Of a stretch of 64,000 bases of DNA, positions 25,322 to 36,255 are shown one piece after another. Made by a program: the position numbers and the translations under genes. The stretch lies in NCBI GenBank assembly GCA_942490855.1, contig CALNYS010000002.1, positions 92,341 through 156,340 on the forward strand. The letters run 5' to 3'. The first letter of the stretch is position 1. The number at the start of each line of letters is the position of its first letter. The notes below the pieces were generated by a model. The model was not told the DNA's origin and made no database searches. It saw nothing but the letters and a program-made list of their open reading frames with translations. The stretch is from an uncultured Phycisphaeraceae bacterium. Lineage in GTDB: Bacteria > Planctomycetota > Phycisphaerae > Phycisphaerales > UBA1924.

Positions 25322-26677
25322 TTAGCCCGTGGCGCCCCAGCCGGCGAGCATGATGGCGAGGTCAGCGGAGTTGACGATGCCGTCGTTGTTGAGGTCGGCG
25401 ACGCCGCAGTCGCCGGAGCCCCATGCGGCCAGGAGCACGGCGAGGTCGGCCGAGTCGACGGCGTTGCTCTGGTTGACGTCGCCGAGGGCGACGGAACCGT
25501 TGACGCGGTAGATGTTGCCGTTGAAGCTGAGGATGTAGAGCTCGCCGTTGGCGTCGCGCCCGAAGGCGGAGACGTTGCCGACGCCGCCGAGCTCGGCGGT
25601 GTGCTCGATGTAGTCGGACGCGGAGCCCTCACCGTCGACGTCGAAGGTGACGAGGAACGACGCGACGCGCCCGGAGACGAAGTCGGCGAAGTAGTAGCGT
25701 CCGCGGTTGTGGGCCATCTCGGTCCCGCGGTAGATGTAGCCGCCGGTGATGGAGCGACCGAAGGCGGACTGGGCGTAGTCGAAGATGGGGTCGGTGAAGG
25801 ACTCACCGGCCGGGGGCGCGCAGCCGTTGAAGGCGGCGATGCCCTCGCGGCAGCGCCAGCCGTAGTTGCGGCCTCCCTCGCCGGCGGGCTCGTAGTTGAC
25901 CTCTTCGCGGGCGTTCTGCCCGACGTCGCCCATGATCATGCCGTTGGTGGCGCAGGCGCTGAAGTCGTCGAAGGTGAAGCGCCAGGTGTTGCGGACGCCG
26001 TAGGACCAGATCTCTTCGACGAAGGTCGGGTGCCCGGCGTAGGGGTTGGTGGCGGGGATGTCGTAGCCGGTGGCGGTGTTGATATCGAGGCGGAGGATCT
26101 TGCCGAGGTACTGCGTGCGGGTCTGGGCGCGGTTGTTGGGGTCGCCGCCGGAGCCGCCGTCGCCCATGGCGACGTAGAGGTATCCGTCGGGGCCGGTGCG
26201 GATGCAGCCGCCGTTGTGGTTGGAGAAGTCCTGGTTGATGATGAGGAGGACTTCTTCGGAGCTGAAGTCGCCGACGAGGTGGTTGAAGCTGCCGCCGCCG
26301 GACGTGAGGGTGTAGCGGGCGATATGGGTGTCGCCGAAGTTCGCGCCGTTGGTGGTGTAGTTGATGTAGAAGCGGCCGTTGTTGGCGAAGTCGGGGTCGA
26401 GGGCCATGCCGAGGAGGCCGCGCTCGGAACCGGTGCTGATGCGGGTGGAGATGTTGAGGAACGGTGTGGCGACGAGCGCGCCGTCCTCGATCACCCGGAT
26501 GGTGCCGTTTTGCTGCACGACATACTGGATGTTGTCGAACGCGGTGTTCTGGACGAAATCGAGGGGGCTGCTGAGACCCGAGACGTACACCTCGCGAGAG
26601 ATGGTCTCAGAGGCCAGAGCCGGGGCGGCGCCCAGGACGCACGAAGCAGCGAGCGCAAGACAAGCGGTGCGGAACAT
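25322..26677 (-). CDS. PQQ-dependent sugar dehydrogenase (soluble aldose/sorbosone dehydrogenase family) with C-terminal double dockerin-like module
   Basis: ATG at 26677 preceded by GGAGGAG. Signal peptide MFRTACLALAASCVLGAAPALA. Motifs present: GLLGMALDPDF, HNGG, GDGGSGGDPNNRAQ, LGKILRL, YGVRNTWRF, GWRCREG. The C-terminus is VDSADLAVLLAAWGSGDCGVADLNNDGIVNSADLAIMLAGWGATG. Confidence 0.85.
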   Translation of the reverse strand: MFRTACLALAASCVLGAAPALASETISREVYVSGLSSPLDFVQNTAFDNIQYVVQQNGTIRVIEDGALVATPFLNISTRISTGSERGLLGMALDPDFANNGRFYINYTTNGANFGDTHIARYTLTSGGGSFNHLVGDFSSEEVLLIINQDFSNHNGGCIRTGPDGYLYVAMGDGGSGGDPNNRAQTRTQYLGKILRLDINTATGYDIPATNPYAGHPTFVEEIWSYGVRNTWRFTFDDFSACATNGMIMGDVGQNAREEVNYEPAGEGGRNYGWRCREGIAAFNGCAPPAGESFTDPIFDYAQSAFGRSITGGYIYRGTEMAHNRGRYYFADFVSGRVASFLVTFDVDGEGSASDYIEHTAELGGVGNVSAFGRDANGELYILSFNGNIYRVNGSVALGDVNQSNAVDSADLAVLLAAWGSGDCGVADLNNDGIVNSADLAIMLAGWGATG

Positions 26678-26928
26678 GTGAACGATCTCCTCCTGGCCCT
26701 CCCGGACCATTGGCGACACGATCCCTCACACTCTCGGCGAGCGTTTGAAGGCGTGCGACTCAGCGGGGACGCTGCGACATCGTCCGATCGACGTCGGCGT
26801 CCGTATACCTGACCGTACACAACGCCTCGGCGGTGGACCAGAGCGATCTGGATGATTTGTGACGATCAGGATGGTCCGCGTTCCCGGACGTCCCCCGGGG
26901 GCCGCTACCGGCTACCATCCGACCGGCG

Positions 26929-28971
26929 ATGGTGACGCCCCCCAACCAACCCGACGTCGGCGGCGCGAAGAGCGTCCGGCTTGAGGTCCTCCCGTCGTCT
27001 CCCGGCGCGCCCCGGAGCCGGATGGGTCGTCGGCGGGCGTGGGTGCTGGCGCTTGTTCATGTCGTGATCCTGCTGCACATCGCCCACTGGGTCTGGCGGG
27101 GGGAATCGGTCTCTCCGGTGGAGCCCTCCGAGGCGATGTACACCCTGAGCGAGGGCGAGCTCAACGCCGGGGCGGTGTTCTTCGGGGTCGCGCTGCTGTC
27201 GACGGTGCTGTTGGGTCGGCTCTTTTGCGGGTGGGCGTGCCACATCGTGGCGCTCCAGGACGCGAGCCTGTGGCTTCTGAAGAAACTCAAGCTGCGCCCG
27301 AGCGCGTTCCGCTCTCGTCTGATGCTGTGGTTCCCGCTCGGGCTGGCGCTGTACATGTTCGTGTGGCCGGCGGCGAAGCGCTGGCTGGTCGCGCCCGTGA
27401 TGGAGTCGGCGTGGCCGGCGGGCCTGGCGTACATCGGGGCGGCGCCGGACTGGTCGCACCTGGAGAACGCGTTCATCGTCGAGGACTTCTGGGCGACGTT
27501 CCCGACGCTGTGGGTGGCGATCCCGTTCTTCTTCATCGTGGGGTTCGCGGTGGTGTACACGCTCGGCGCGAAGGGGTTCTGCACGTACGCGTGCCCGTAC
27601 GGCGGGTTCTTTGCTCCGCTCGACAAGATCAGCCCGATGCGCATCGTGGTCGATCACGACAAGTGCGCCAGCTGCGGCGTGTGCACGGCGGTGTGCACGT
27701 CCAACGTGCGCGTCAACGAGGAGATCAAGGACTACGGGATGGTCGTTGACCCGGGGTGCATGAAGTGCCTCGACTGCGTCAGCGCGTGCCCGTCGGACGC
27801 GCTGGCGTACAAGCCGGCGGCCCCCCCGCTCTTTGCGACGAACCCGCGCGAGCCCGACGCCGCCAGCGTCCGCAAGCGGAAGAAAAAGCCGAAAACCCCT
27901 GCGACCAAGGCGAGATGGGACCTCACGCCCACGCAGGAGATTGTCCTCGCGGGGTTCTTCCTGCTCACGTTCGTGTCGGTGCGCGGGCTCTACGGCGTGA
28001 TCCCGATGCTTCTCGCGGGCGGGGTCGCGGCGATCGCGTCGTGGGTCGTCTGGAAGGCGTGGCGCACGCTGACGGACGCGAACGTGCGCGTGCACGGGTT
28101 CCAGCTGCGCCGGCGCGGGCGGATCACCTTCTGGGGCGGGGCGTACCTGGTCGGGACGCTCGCGCTCGTCGCGATGGTGGCGCACTCCGCGGTGCTGAGC
28201 GTGCACTGGGCGTCGGGGATGACCGCGCTCAACCGCGCCGCGCTCGTTTCGGACGGGATGATCGCGGGCGATGCGCGCGAGCACTACGAGGAGGCGGCGC
28301 GCCGCTTCGAACGGGTCCACGCGATCGGGCTCGCGACCACGCCCAAGACCGACTTCCAGCTCGCGCTGGTGAACTTCGCGCTCCAGCGGTACAGCGAGGG
28401 CGAGGAAGCGCTGCGCCGGGTGATCGCGCGCGAGGGCGAGAAGGACGGGCTCGCGGTCGATCTCGCCCAGCTCATGCTCGCGCAGGGGCGGGGCTTCGAG
28501 ACCGTTGACTACCTCAACGCGGTGCTGGAGCGCCACCCCGAGTTCCCCGAGACCCGCTGGACGCTCGGCGCCCTGTATCTCGGCGCGGGCCAGGCGGAGA
28601 ACGCGGTGCGCACGTTCCGGGCCGGCGCCGAGGCGCGTCCTGATGACTACGTCGCGCACGTCAAGCTCGCGGAGGCGGAGATCGCCGCGGGGCGCCCCGA
28701 GGACGCGACGGGCCCCCTCGCCCGGGCGCTCGAGCTCTACCCGGAGGCGGCGGGGTTCCGGAAGGACTATGCGCTGGCGCTGGAGTACGCCGGGGAGCCC
28801 GAGCGGGCGCTGCAGGAGATGGAACGGGCGGCGGGGGACGCCGATCCGAGCGTGCGGGCGGACTTCCTTCGTCTGGCGGCGGGGATCGCCGAGCGGGCGG
28901 GCCGTTTGGAGGATGCTCGGCGCCTCAACGGGCTCGCGGCCCATGCAGAGGGCCTGAGGGCCCGAGAATAG
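26929..28971 (+). CDS. Membrane polyferredoxin (NapH/CcoG-like 4Fe-4S protein) fused to C-terminal TPR repeats
   Basis: FCGWACH, CTYACPYGG, and two ferredoxin motifs (CASCGVCTAVC and CMKCLDCVSACP), followed by more TM helices and TPR-like repeats. An alternative start at ATG 27022 (MGRRRAWVLALV) is possible. Confidence 0.8.
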   Translation: MVTPPNQPDVGGAKSVRLEVLPSSPGAPRSRMGRRRAWVLALVHVVILLHIAHWVWRGESVSPVEPSEAMYTLSEGELNAGAVFFGVALLSTVLLGRLFCGWACHIVALQDASLWLLKKLKLRPSAFRSRLMLWFPLGLALYMFVWPAAKRWLVAPVMESAWPAGLAYIGAAPDWSHLENAFIVEDFWATFPTLWVAIPFFFIVGFAVVYTLGAKGFCTYACPYGGFFAPLDKISPMRIVVDHDKCASCGVCTAVCTSNVRVNEEIKDYGMVVDPGCMKCLDCVSACPSDALAYKPAAPPLFATNPREPDAASVRKRKKKPKTPATKARWDLTPTQEIVLAGFFLLTFVSVRGLYGVIPMLLAGGVAAIASWVVWKAWRTLTDANVRVHGFQLRRRGRITFWGGAYLVGTLALVAMVAHSAVLSVHWASGMTALNRAALVSDGMIAGDAREHYEEAARRFERVHAIGLATTPKTDFQLALVNFALQRYSEGEEALRRVIAREGEKDGLAVDLAQLMLAQGRGFETVDYLNAVLERHPEFPETRWTLGALYLGAGQAENAVRTFRAGAEARPDDYVAHVKLAEAEIAAGRPEDATGPLARALELYPEAAGFRKDYALALEYAGEPERALQEMERAAGDADPSVRADFLRLAAGIAERAGRLEDARRLNGLAAHAEGLRARE

Positions 28972-29201
28972 ACAGCCTCTGACGTGATTCTTACCTCTTT
29001 TCCCTGACTTCTCTCTTTGTCAACCCGCCGAGTCGGCGTATTCTTGAGGTGCAAAGAGGAGTGATGGATACGAGTTCTGCGCCACCTGTGCGGCGCGCGT
29101 CATCCAGCACCGGCGTCAGTGGGACCCTGTCGCCGGAGTGGGAGTCTGTGGTCCTGCCCGTCTGCTGACGGGACTATTTTTCGATAGAGAGGCAGAGATA
29201 C

Positions 29202-30287
29202 ATGATGAAGTTCAACGTCATGCTCGGAGCAGCGCTTGCTTCGGCTGGTGCGGCTATGGGTGGGTTTTCCAACGGCGATATTGTCTTTACCGACAGCCCC
29301 GACGACGCGATCCGCGTGATCCGCGCGGGCTCGGGCACCCTTGAGACCCTGCACACGTTCACCGACCCGAACAACGACATCCGACTCGCGGACATCACCC
29401 GAGTCAACGGCCGTTACTACGTCAACTCCGGCTTCGCCGACGCGGACGCCGGCGTGCCCGGGCAGCTGATCGAGGTCCAGCACCTCTTCGGCGCGTCGTC
29501 GGCTTCGACGTTCTCGAGCGGCAACATGCTGCAGAACCCCATCGGGCTCGGGTACCACCGCGGCTCGGATCAGTTCCTCTCGGTCAACAACACCGGCCAG
29601 ACCGCGATGCAGACGGCGCCCGACTTCGACGGCATCATCGGCGTGTCCCGTGCCGACGGCACGCAGACGTTCCGTTTCGACGAGCTCGTCGGCGACCAGA
29701 ACTTCCCCCGCTACCAGGCCGGCGCCCAGATGACCCGCGACGCCTCGAACCGCGACCGCTTCCTGGTCGCCGCGGTCAACGGCGGCGTCCTCCGCGATCC
29801 GGACAACCTCCCCCCCGGCGACTTCAACAAGGGCTCCGCCATCTACAGCGTTGATGTCGATATCTCCGGCAACACGAGCGTCAGCCTCTTCGCCGACTTC
29901 AGCGCCACCGACTTCGGCCCGCTGACCTTCGTCCGCGGCGTCACCAGCGCCGTCGGCAACGACGGGTTCCTTGACGTGTACGTCTCGGACGGCTTCACCA
30001 ACGCCATCTACCACGTCGACACCGACGCCAACGGCGACGTGGTCGGGATCAACCAGCTCATCGACGGTCTCGACAACCCCGGCGAGCTCATCTACAACCA
30101 GTACAACGACTCGCTCGTCTTCTCCGGCGTCGGCGACAGCACCATCTCCGAGTACTTCTTCGGCGACGGCACGATCACCACGCTCGCGACGGACGTGAGC
30201 TCCCGCGGCTTCTACATCGTCCCGGCCCCGGGCTCGGTCGCTCTCTTCGGCGTCGCCGGCTTCGCCGCCGCGCGTCGTCGCCGCTAA
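29202..30287 (+). CDS. PEP-CTERM sorting-domain secreted protein (propeller-like body)
   Basis: Signal peptide MMKFNVMLGAALASAGAAMG. The C-terminus is VPAPGSVALFGVAGFAAARRRR. Confidence 0.8.
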   Translation: MMKFNVMLGAALASAGAAMGGFSNGDIVFTDSPDDAIRVIRAGSGTLETLHTFTDPNNDIRLADITRVNGRYYVNSGFADADAGVPGQLIEVQHLFGASSASTFSSGNMLQNPIGLGYHRGSDQFLSVNNTGQTAMQTAPDFDGIIGVSRADGTQTFRFDELVGDQNFPRYQAGAQMTRDASNRDRFLVAAVNGGVLRDPDNLPPGDFNKGSAIYSVDVDISGNTSVSLFADFSATDFGPLTFVRGVTSAVGNDGFLDVYVSDGFTNAIYHVDTDANGDVVGINQLIDGLDNPGELIYNQYNDSLVFSGVGDSTISEYFFGDGTITTLATDVSSRGFYIVPAPGSVALFGVAGFAAARRRR

Positions 30288-30316
30288 ACGACACGCCCCG
30301 TCACAAAGTTCGTTCA

Positions 30317-30346
30317 AGCCCCGGCCCACACAGGCCGGGGTTTTTT
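30317..30346 (+). terminator. Rho-independent terminator
   Basis: Stem CCCCGGCC/GGCCGGGG with loop CACACA, followed by TTTTTT. Confidence 0.85.
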
Positions 30347-30401
30347 CGTGCGCGCACCGCGCCGAGTTCGCGCGCACAATGAACGAAACACGGAGGCGAG
30401 C

Positions 30402-32393
<1,992 letters not shown>

Positions 32394-32425
32394 ACGGCGA
32401 CGGCCGGCGCGTGCGCACAAGCCGA

Positions 32426-32448
32426 GCCGCGGGCGACTGACCCGCGGC
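32426..32448. terminator. GC hairpin between convergent genes (weak terminator candidate)
   Basis: Perfect 8-bp stem GCCGCGGG/CCCGCGGC with a 7-nt loop. There is no clear T-run on either strand. Confidence 0.35.
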
Positions 32449-32458
32449 CCGGAGGGTC

Positions 32459-33733
32459 TTATTCGCCGTCGTCCCAGTCGGCGAGGAGGATCGAGAGGTC
32501 GGTGCTGTTCACGACGCCGTCGTCGTTGAGGTCCGCGGGGTCCTGGCCCTCGAGGACGCCCCAGCGGTTGAGGAGGATGGACAGGTCGGACATGCCGACG
32601 CTTCCGCTGAGGTCGATGTCAGACCATGACGTCGCCGGGGGGATGATCTCCACGGTGGTGCGCGGGTCGTCGATGTGGAACACGTCGGCGTAGGCGTGCA
32701 TCCCGATCGCCGCGACGCCGGGGCCGGTCTCGACGGCGTCAACCGTGAACGTGCGCGTTTCCCCGGCGGGGATCGCGATGCTGATCTTCTCGACCGTCAG
32801 GCTGAGATTGCGCCCGAAGATCGCGACTTCGTAGACGTGGTCTTCGTCGTCGATGTTCGTCAGGGTGTTCTCGAACATCATGACGCGCGCCCCGCTCTCG
32901 GTGCGGGCGAGCATCTGCGCGTGCCCGGCCTCGAACTCCGTGTACACATGCGAGTCGGCCACGACGAAGTCCTGCGCCATGCCCTCGGCCGCGACGTCGC
33001 CCGAGATCATGTACTCGTCGAGACGCACGCCGTCGACGCGCACCCGCCCGAGGTCGTCGGGGTTGGAGCGGAGGACCACGACGTCGCTGATGGCGTACCC
33101 GTTTGAGAAGTCGGTCCCGTTGGCGAACTCGGTCGAGACGATCACCATCGGGTCCGCCTCGTTCGTGGTGGCGCTGGAGGCGAGGGGCTCGCAGAAGGTC
33201 TTGGACTTGCCGGAGTAGGGCCAGTGCGTCCCGCCGTCGCGCGTCGTCCACATGCTCTTGGTGAACTTGTCGGGCGTGCCGTCGCCGTCGGAGTCGCACA
33301 CCCAGACCATCCAGGTGTTGCGTCCGCAGGGGTACAGGCACCGCCCGAGCTCTGTGCCCTTGCCGGTCTCGCCCATCTTCTTGAAGGTCGGGCGGAAGTG
33401 ATCGCCGCCCCCGCCGGGGGTGGTCGGATCGCCCACGCACGGGAGCGACAGGGTGTTGCCGCAGCTGTCCGTCGCGGGGAGGTTCGGGCCGCCGTTGGGG
33501 TTGGGGATGATGATCGGCTTGCACCACGAGTCGTTGACGCCGTCGCCGTCGAGGTCGCAGTCGTAGGGCGGCTGCGGGTCCCCGTACGGGTTGGGCGGGC
33601 AGGAGGCGCCGCCGAAGCCGATGGTCGTCTTCTGACACGCCCAGGCCGAGGAGGCCGTCGCCAGCCCGGCGACCGTGACCAGGAGAAGCGACGACGACGT
33701 CAAGCGACCGAGAGTTCGAGTGCGAGTGTTCAT
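32459..33733 (-). CDS. Secreted Cys-rich protein with calcium-loop-like D.D.DG motifs and C-terminal double dockerin-like module
   Basis: Signal peptide MNTRTRTLGRLTSSSLLLVTVAGLATASSAWA. Motifs present: DCDLDGDGVNDSWC and CDSDGDGTPD. The C-terminus is DLSGSVGMSDLSILLNRWGVLEGQDPADLNDDGVVNSTDLSILLADWDDGE. Confidence 0.75.
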   Translation of the reverse strand: MNTRTRTLGRLTSSSLLLVTVAGLATASSAWACQKTTIGFGGASCPPNPYGDPQPPYDCDLDGDGVNDSWCKPIIIPNPNGGPNLPATDSCGNTLSLPCVGDPTTPGGGGDHFRPTFKKMGETGKGTELGRCLYPCGRNTWMVWVCDSDGDGTPDKFTKSMWTTRDGGTHWPYSGKSKTFCEPLASSATTNEADPMVIVSTEFANGTDFSNGYAISDVVVLRSNPDDLGRVRVDGVRLDEYMISGDVAAEGMAQDFVVADSHVYTEFEAGHAQMLARTESGARVMMFENTLTNIDDEDHVYEVAIFGRNLSLTVEKISIAIPAGETRTFTVDAVETGPGVAAIGMHAYADVFHIDDPRTTVEIIPPATSWSDIDLSGSVGMSDLSILLNRWGVLEGQDPADLNDDGVVNSTDLSILLADWDDGE

Positions 33734-34189
33734 TGATGCATCCCATCTGCAATACGTGCGCAGCGACAGCGCCCCGACGCCGGGAGGCCGTCAGACCACG
33801 AGAAATTCCGATGACTTGGAACGGAGACGCCCGAACGCACCGAGGCGTCACTCCGCCCGCGGGAAGCCCCGCTCACCGATCACTATACGCTTATGGGACG
33901 CGTTGGCAAGACAAATATAACTACGGTTATCTATTCGCGCAAAACCCTATCAAACAAGTATCTATCTCTGATCCGAAGCGCGGATCGGCGCACGAACACG
34001 CGAATATTTGGAGCGCAACACCTTAGTTCTAAGAATGCATAAAAAATCCGCCAACACGCCGTACGGCCCCGCCGGGCCTGAAGATCCGGCGCTGGCTGTG
34101 GCAGCGGGTGGCTCACGCCGGGCGGGCTTGGGCAGGGCGCCTCAGAGAACATCGCCTGGGCCCGTGCGCGCTCCTGCGGAGTCGCCGAT

Positions 34190-34621
34190 CTAGCCCGCCC
34201 CACCGCCCAGCTCCACGCGCATCATCGTGCCCTGCATCGCGGCGATGAGTTTCGGCTCGCTGCCCGGCGCGTGCGCGTACACCTCGGAGCGCGCCACGCT
34301 GATGGTGCGTCCTGCGCGCAGCACCTGCCCGATCGCGCAGAAGCTCTCCCCCGCCGCCGGCGAGAGGAGGTTGACCTTGAACTCCACCGCGAGCACGTTC
34401 GACCCGGCGGGCATGCGCGTCAGACACGCGTAACCGCAGGCGGAGTCGGCGATCGACGCGATCGCCCCGGCGTGCACGAACCCGTGCTGCTGGTGCAGCT
34501 TCGGGTCGTTGGGCAGAACGATCTCGACGAGCCCGTCCTCGACGCGCTCGATCCGCGCGCCAAGCGTGCGCATGAGCGCCTGTCGCTCGAATGATTCCCG
34601 CACGACTCGATCCGTGTCCAT
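34190..34621 (-). CDS. PaaI-family hotdog-fold thioesterase
   Basis: 143 aa. LHQQHGFVHAGAIASIADSACGYA and the pattern LAVEFKVNLL..A.G matches PaaI/4HBT-type thioesterases. Confidence 0.8.
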   Translation of the reverse strand: MDTDRVVRESFERQALMRTLGARIERVEDGLVEIVLPNDPKLHQQHGFVHAGAIASIADSACGYACLTRMPAGSNVLAVEFKVNLLSPAAGESFCAIGQVLRAGRTISVARSEVYAHAPGSEPKLIAAMQGTMMRVELGGGAG

Positions 34622-34773
34622 CGGTTCCCCGTCTCCCTTGTGCCAGACGTCCGCTCCGGCGAAGAAACCGTAGCACCCGGCGCGTTGCTGCGATCGGGCT
34701 CGCCCGCGCGTCCGGGCCCTGGATCGGTCGCGCGGCGATTGAACCGCGCCGCGTTCAGCCCTAGATTCAACCT

Positions 34774-35250
34774 ATGCCAGACATCACCACCTTCCTGACG
34801 TTCGACTCCCAGGCGGAGGAAGCCGCGCGCTTCTACACCTCCGTCTTCCCCAACTCGAAGATCACCCGCGTCACGCACTACCCCGACCTCGGGCCCGGGT
34901 CGCCCTTCGAGACGGGCAGCGTCATGACCGTCGAGTTCACGCTCGACGGGCGCCCCTTCACCGCGCTCAACGGCGGGCCGCAGTTCGCGTTCAGCCAGGG
35001 GATCTCGATCGCCGCGCTGTGCGATGCGCAGGACGAGGTGGACCTCTACTGGGAGCGGTTCGTCGAAGCCGGCGGCACGCCCGTCGCCTGCGGCTGGATC
35101 ACCGACCACTTCGGCGTCTCCTGGCAGATCGACCCCAAGTCGCTCATCGAGCGCATCTCCGACCCCGCGACCTCCGCCAAGGCGATGCAGGCGATGATGG
35201 GCATGGTGAAGATCGACAGCGCGGCGATCGAGCGCGCGGTGGCGGAGTAA
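34774..35250 (+). CDS. VOC-superfamily protein (PhnB / 3-demethylubiquinone-9 3-methyltransferase-domain family)
   Basis: ITTFLTFDSQAEEAARFYTSVFPNSKI...FTLDGRPFTALNGGP.F.F...IS....C..Q.EVD.YWE......CGW..D.FGVSWQI is characteristic of this family. Confidence 0.75.
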   Translation: MPDITTFLTFDSQAEEAARFYTSVFPNSKITRVTHYPDLGPGSPFETGSVMTVEFTLDGRPFTALNGGPQFAFSQGISIAALCDAQDEVDLYWERFVEAGGTPVACGWITDHFGVSWQIDPKSLIERISDPATSAKAMQAMMGMVKIDSAAIERAVAE

Positions 35251-35334
35251 CACGCCGAGCCCCACCCGCTCGCCGGCCAGCGACGGGTTGGCGTAAAAAA
35301 ACCTAAGCAACCTATAATGAGTCGCTTAGGGAAG

Positions 35335-35407
<73 letters not shown>

Positions 35408-35487
35408 AGGATGTCCCCGCCGCGGCGGGTGATACACACTACCTCGGGTCGCGCCCGCGTCAAGTTGAGGGCCGCTAGGCTGGGACG

Positions 35488-36129
35488 ATGGCCCGACGTC
35501 AGATCAACGATTCCTACACCAAGCTCGCCCAGCGCGAGGGGTACGTCGCCCGCTCGGCGTACAAGCTCCTGGAGATCCAGGAGCGGTATGACGTCATCCG
35601 GCGGGGCGACCGGGTGCTGGATCTGGGGTGCTCCCCCGGCTCGTGGCTGCAGGTGGCGGCGAAGCTGGTGGGGAAACGGGGCGTGGTGGCCGGGATCGAC
35701 CTCAAGCCCGTCCACGTCTCCCTGGGGCCCAACGTCCGGACGGCCGAGGGGGACGCGTTCGGGCGGCCCCCGGAGGAGCTGCTGGCCCTGGCGGGGGTGG
35801 AGCGGTTCGACACGCTGCTGTCGGACATGGCGCCCAACACGACGGGCGACCCGCGTTCGGACCACTTCAAGTCGATCAACCTCGCGGATCAGGCCCTGGC
35901 GATCGCCCCGGGGGTCCTGATGCCCGACGGGACGATGGTGATCAAGGTGTTCGAGGGGGAGGCGTACCCGGACTTTTTCCGCGAGATGAAGCGGATGTTC
36001 CGGTTCGCCAAGGGCTTCCGCCCCAAGGCGACGCGGGACGTCTCGCGGGAGATGTTTGTGATCGCTCACGGGTTCCAGCGCGGGACGAAACCGGGGCGAG
36101 AGGCGCCAGGGCCCGATAGATCCGCCTGA
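35488..36129 (+). CDS. rlmE: 23S rRNA (uridine2552-2'-O)-methyltransferase RlmE/FtsJ
   Basis: SYTKLAQREGYVARSAYKLLEIQERY, VLDLGCSPGSWLQV, LSDMAPNTTG, VIKVFEG. Confidence 0.9.
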   Translation: MARRQINDSYTKLAQREGYVARSAYKLLEIQERYDVIRRGDRVLDLGCSPGSWLQVAAKLVGKRGVVAGIDLKPVHVSLGPNVRTAEGDAFGRPPEELLALAGVERFDTLLSDMAPNTTGDPRSDHFKSINLADQALAIAPGVLMPDGTMVIKVFEGEAYPDFFREMKRMFRFAKGFRPKATRDVSREMFVIAHGFQRGTKPGREAPGPDRSA

Positions 36130-36255
36130 ATGCGGGTCGTTCTCGGAAAATCGCGCAGGAAATCGCTGTGGAACGGGTATTCTTACGGGTACCTCACGCC
36201 GCCCGAGCGCGGCGAAGAAGAAGTCGCACCAGCTACCCGTAGGGGGATCCCACAC

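Noticed and set aside
33931-34203. 90-aa minus-strand ORF in the A/T-rich intergenic region.
   Set aside because: It has mixed composition, no ribosome-binding site and no bias toward G/C at third positions, and it overlaps the PaaI stop region. It is likely spurious.
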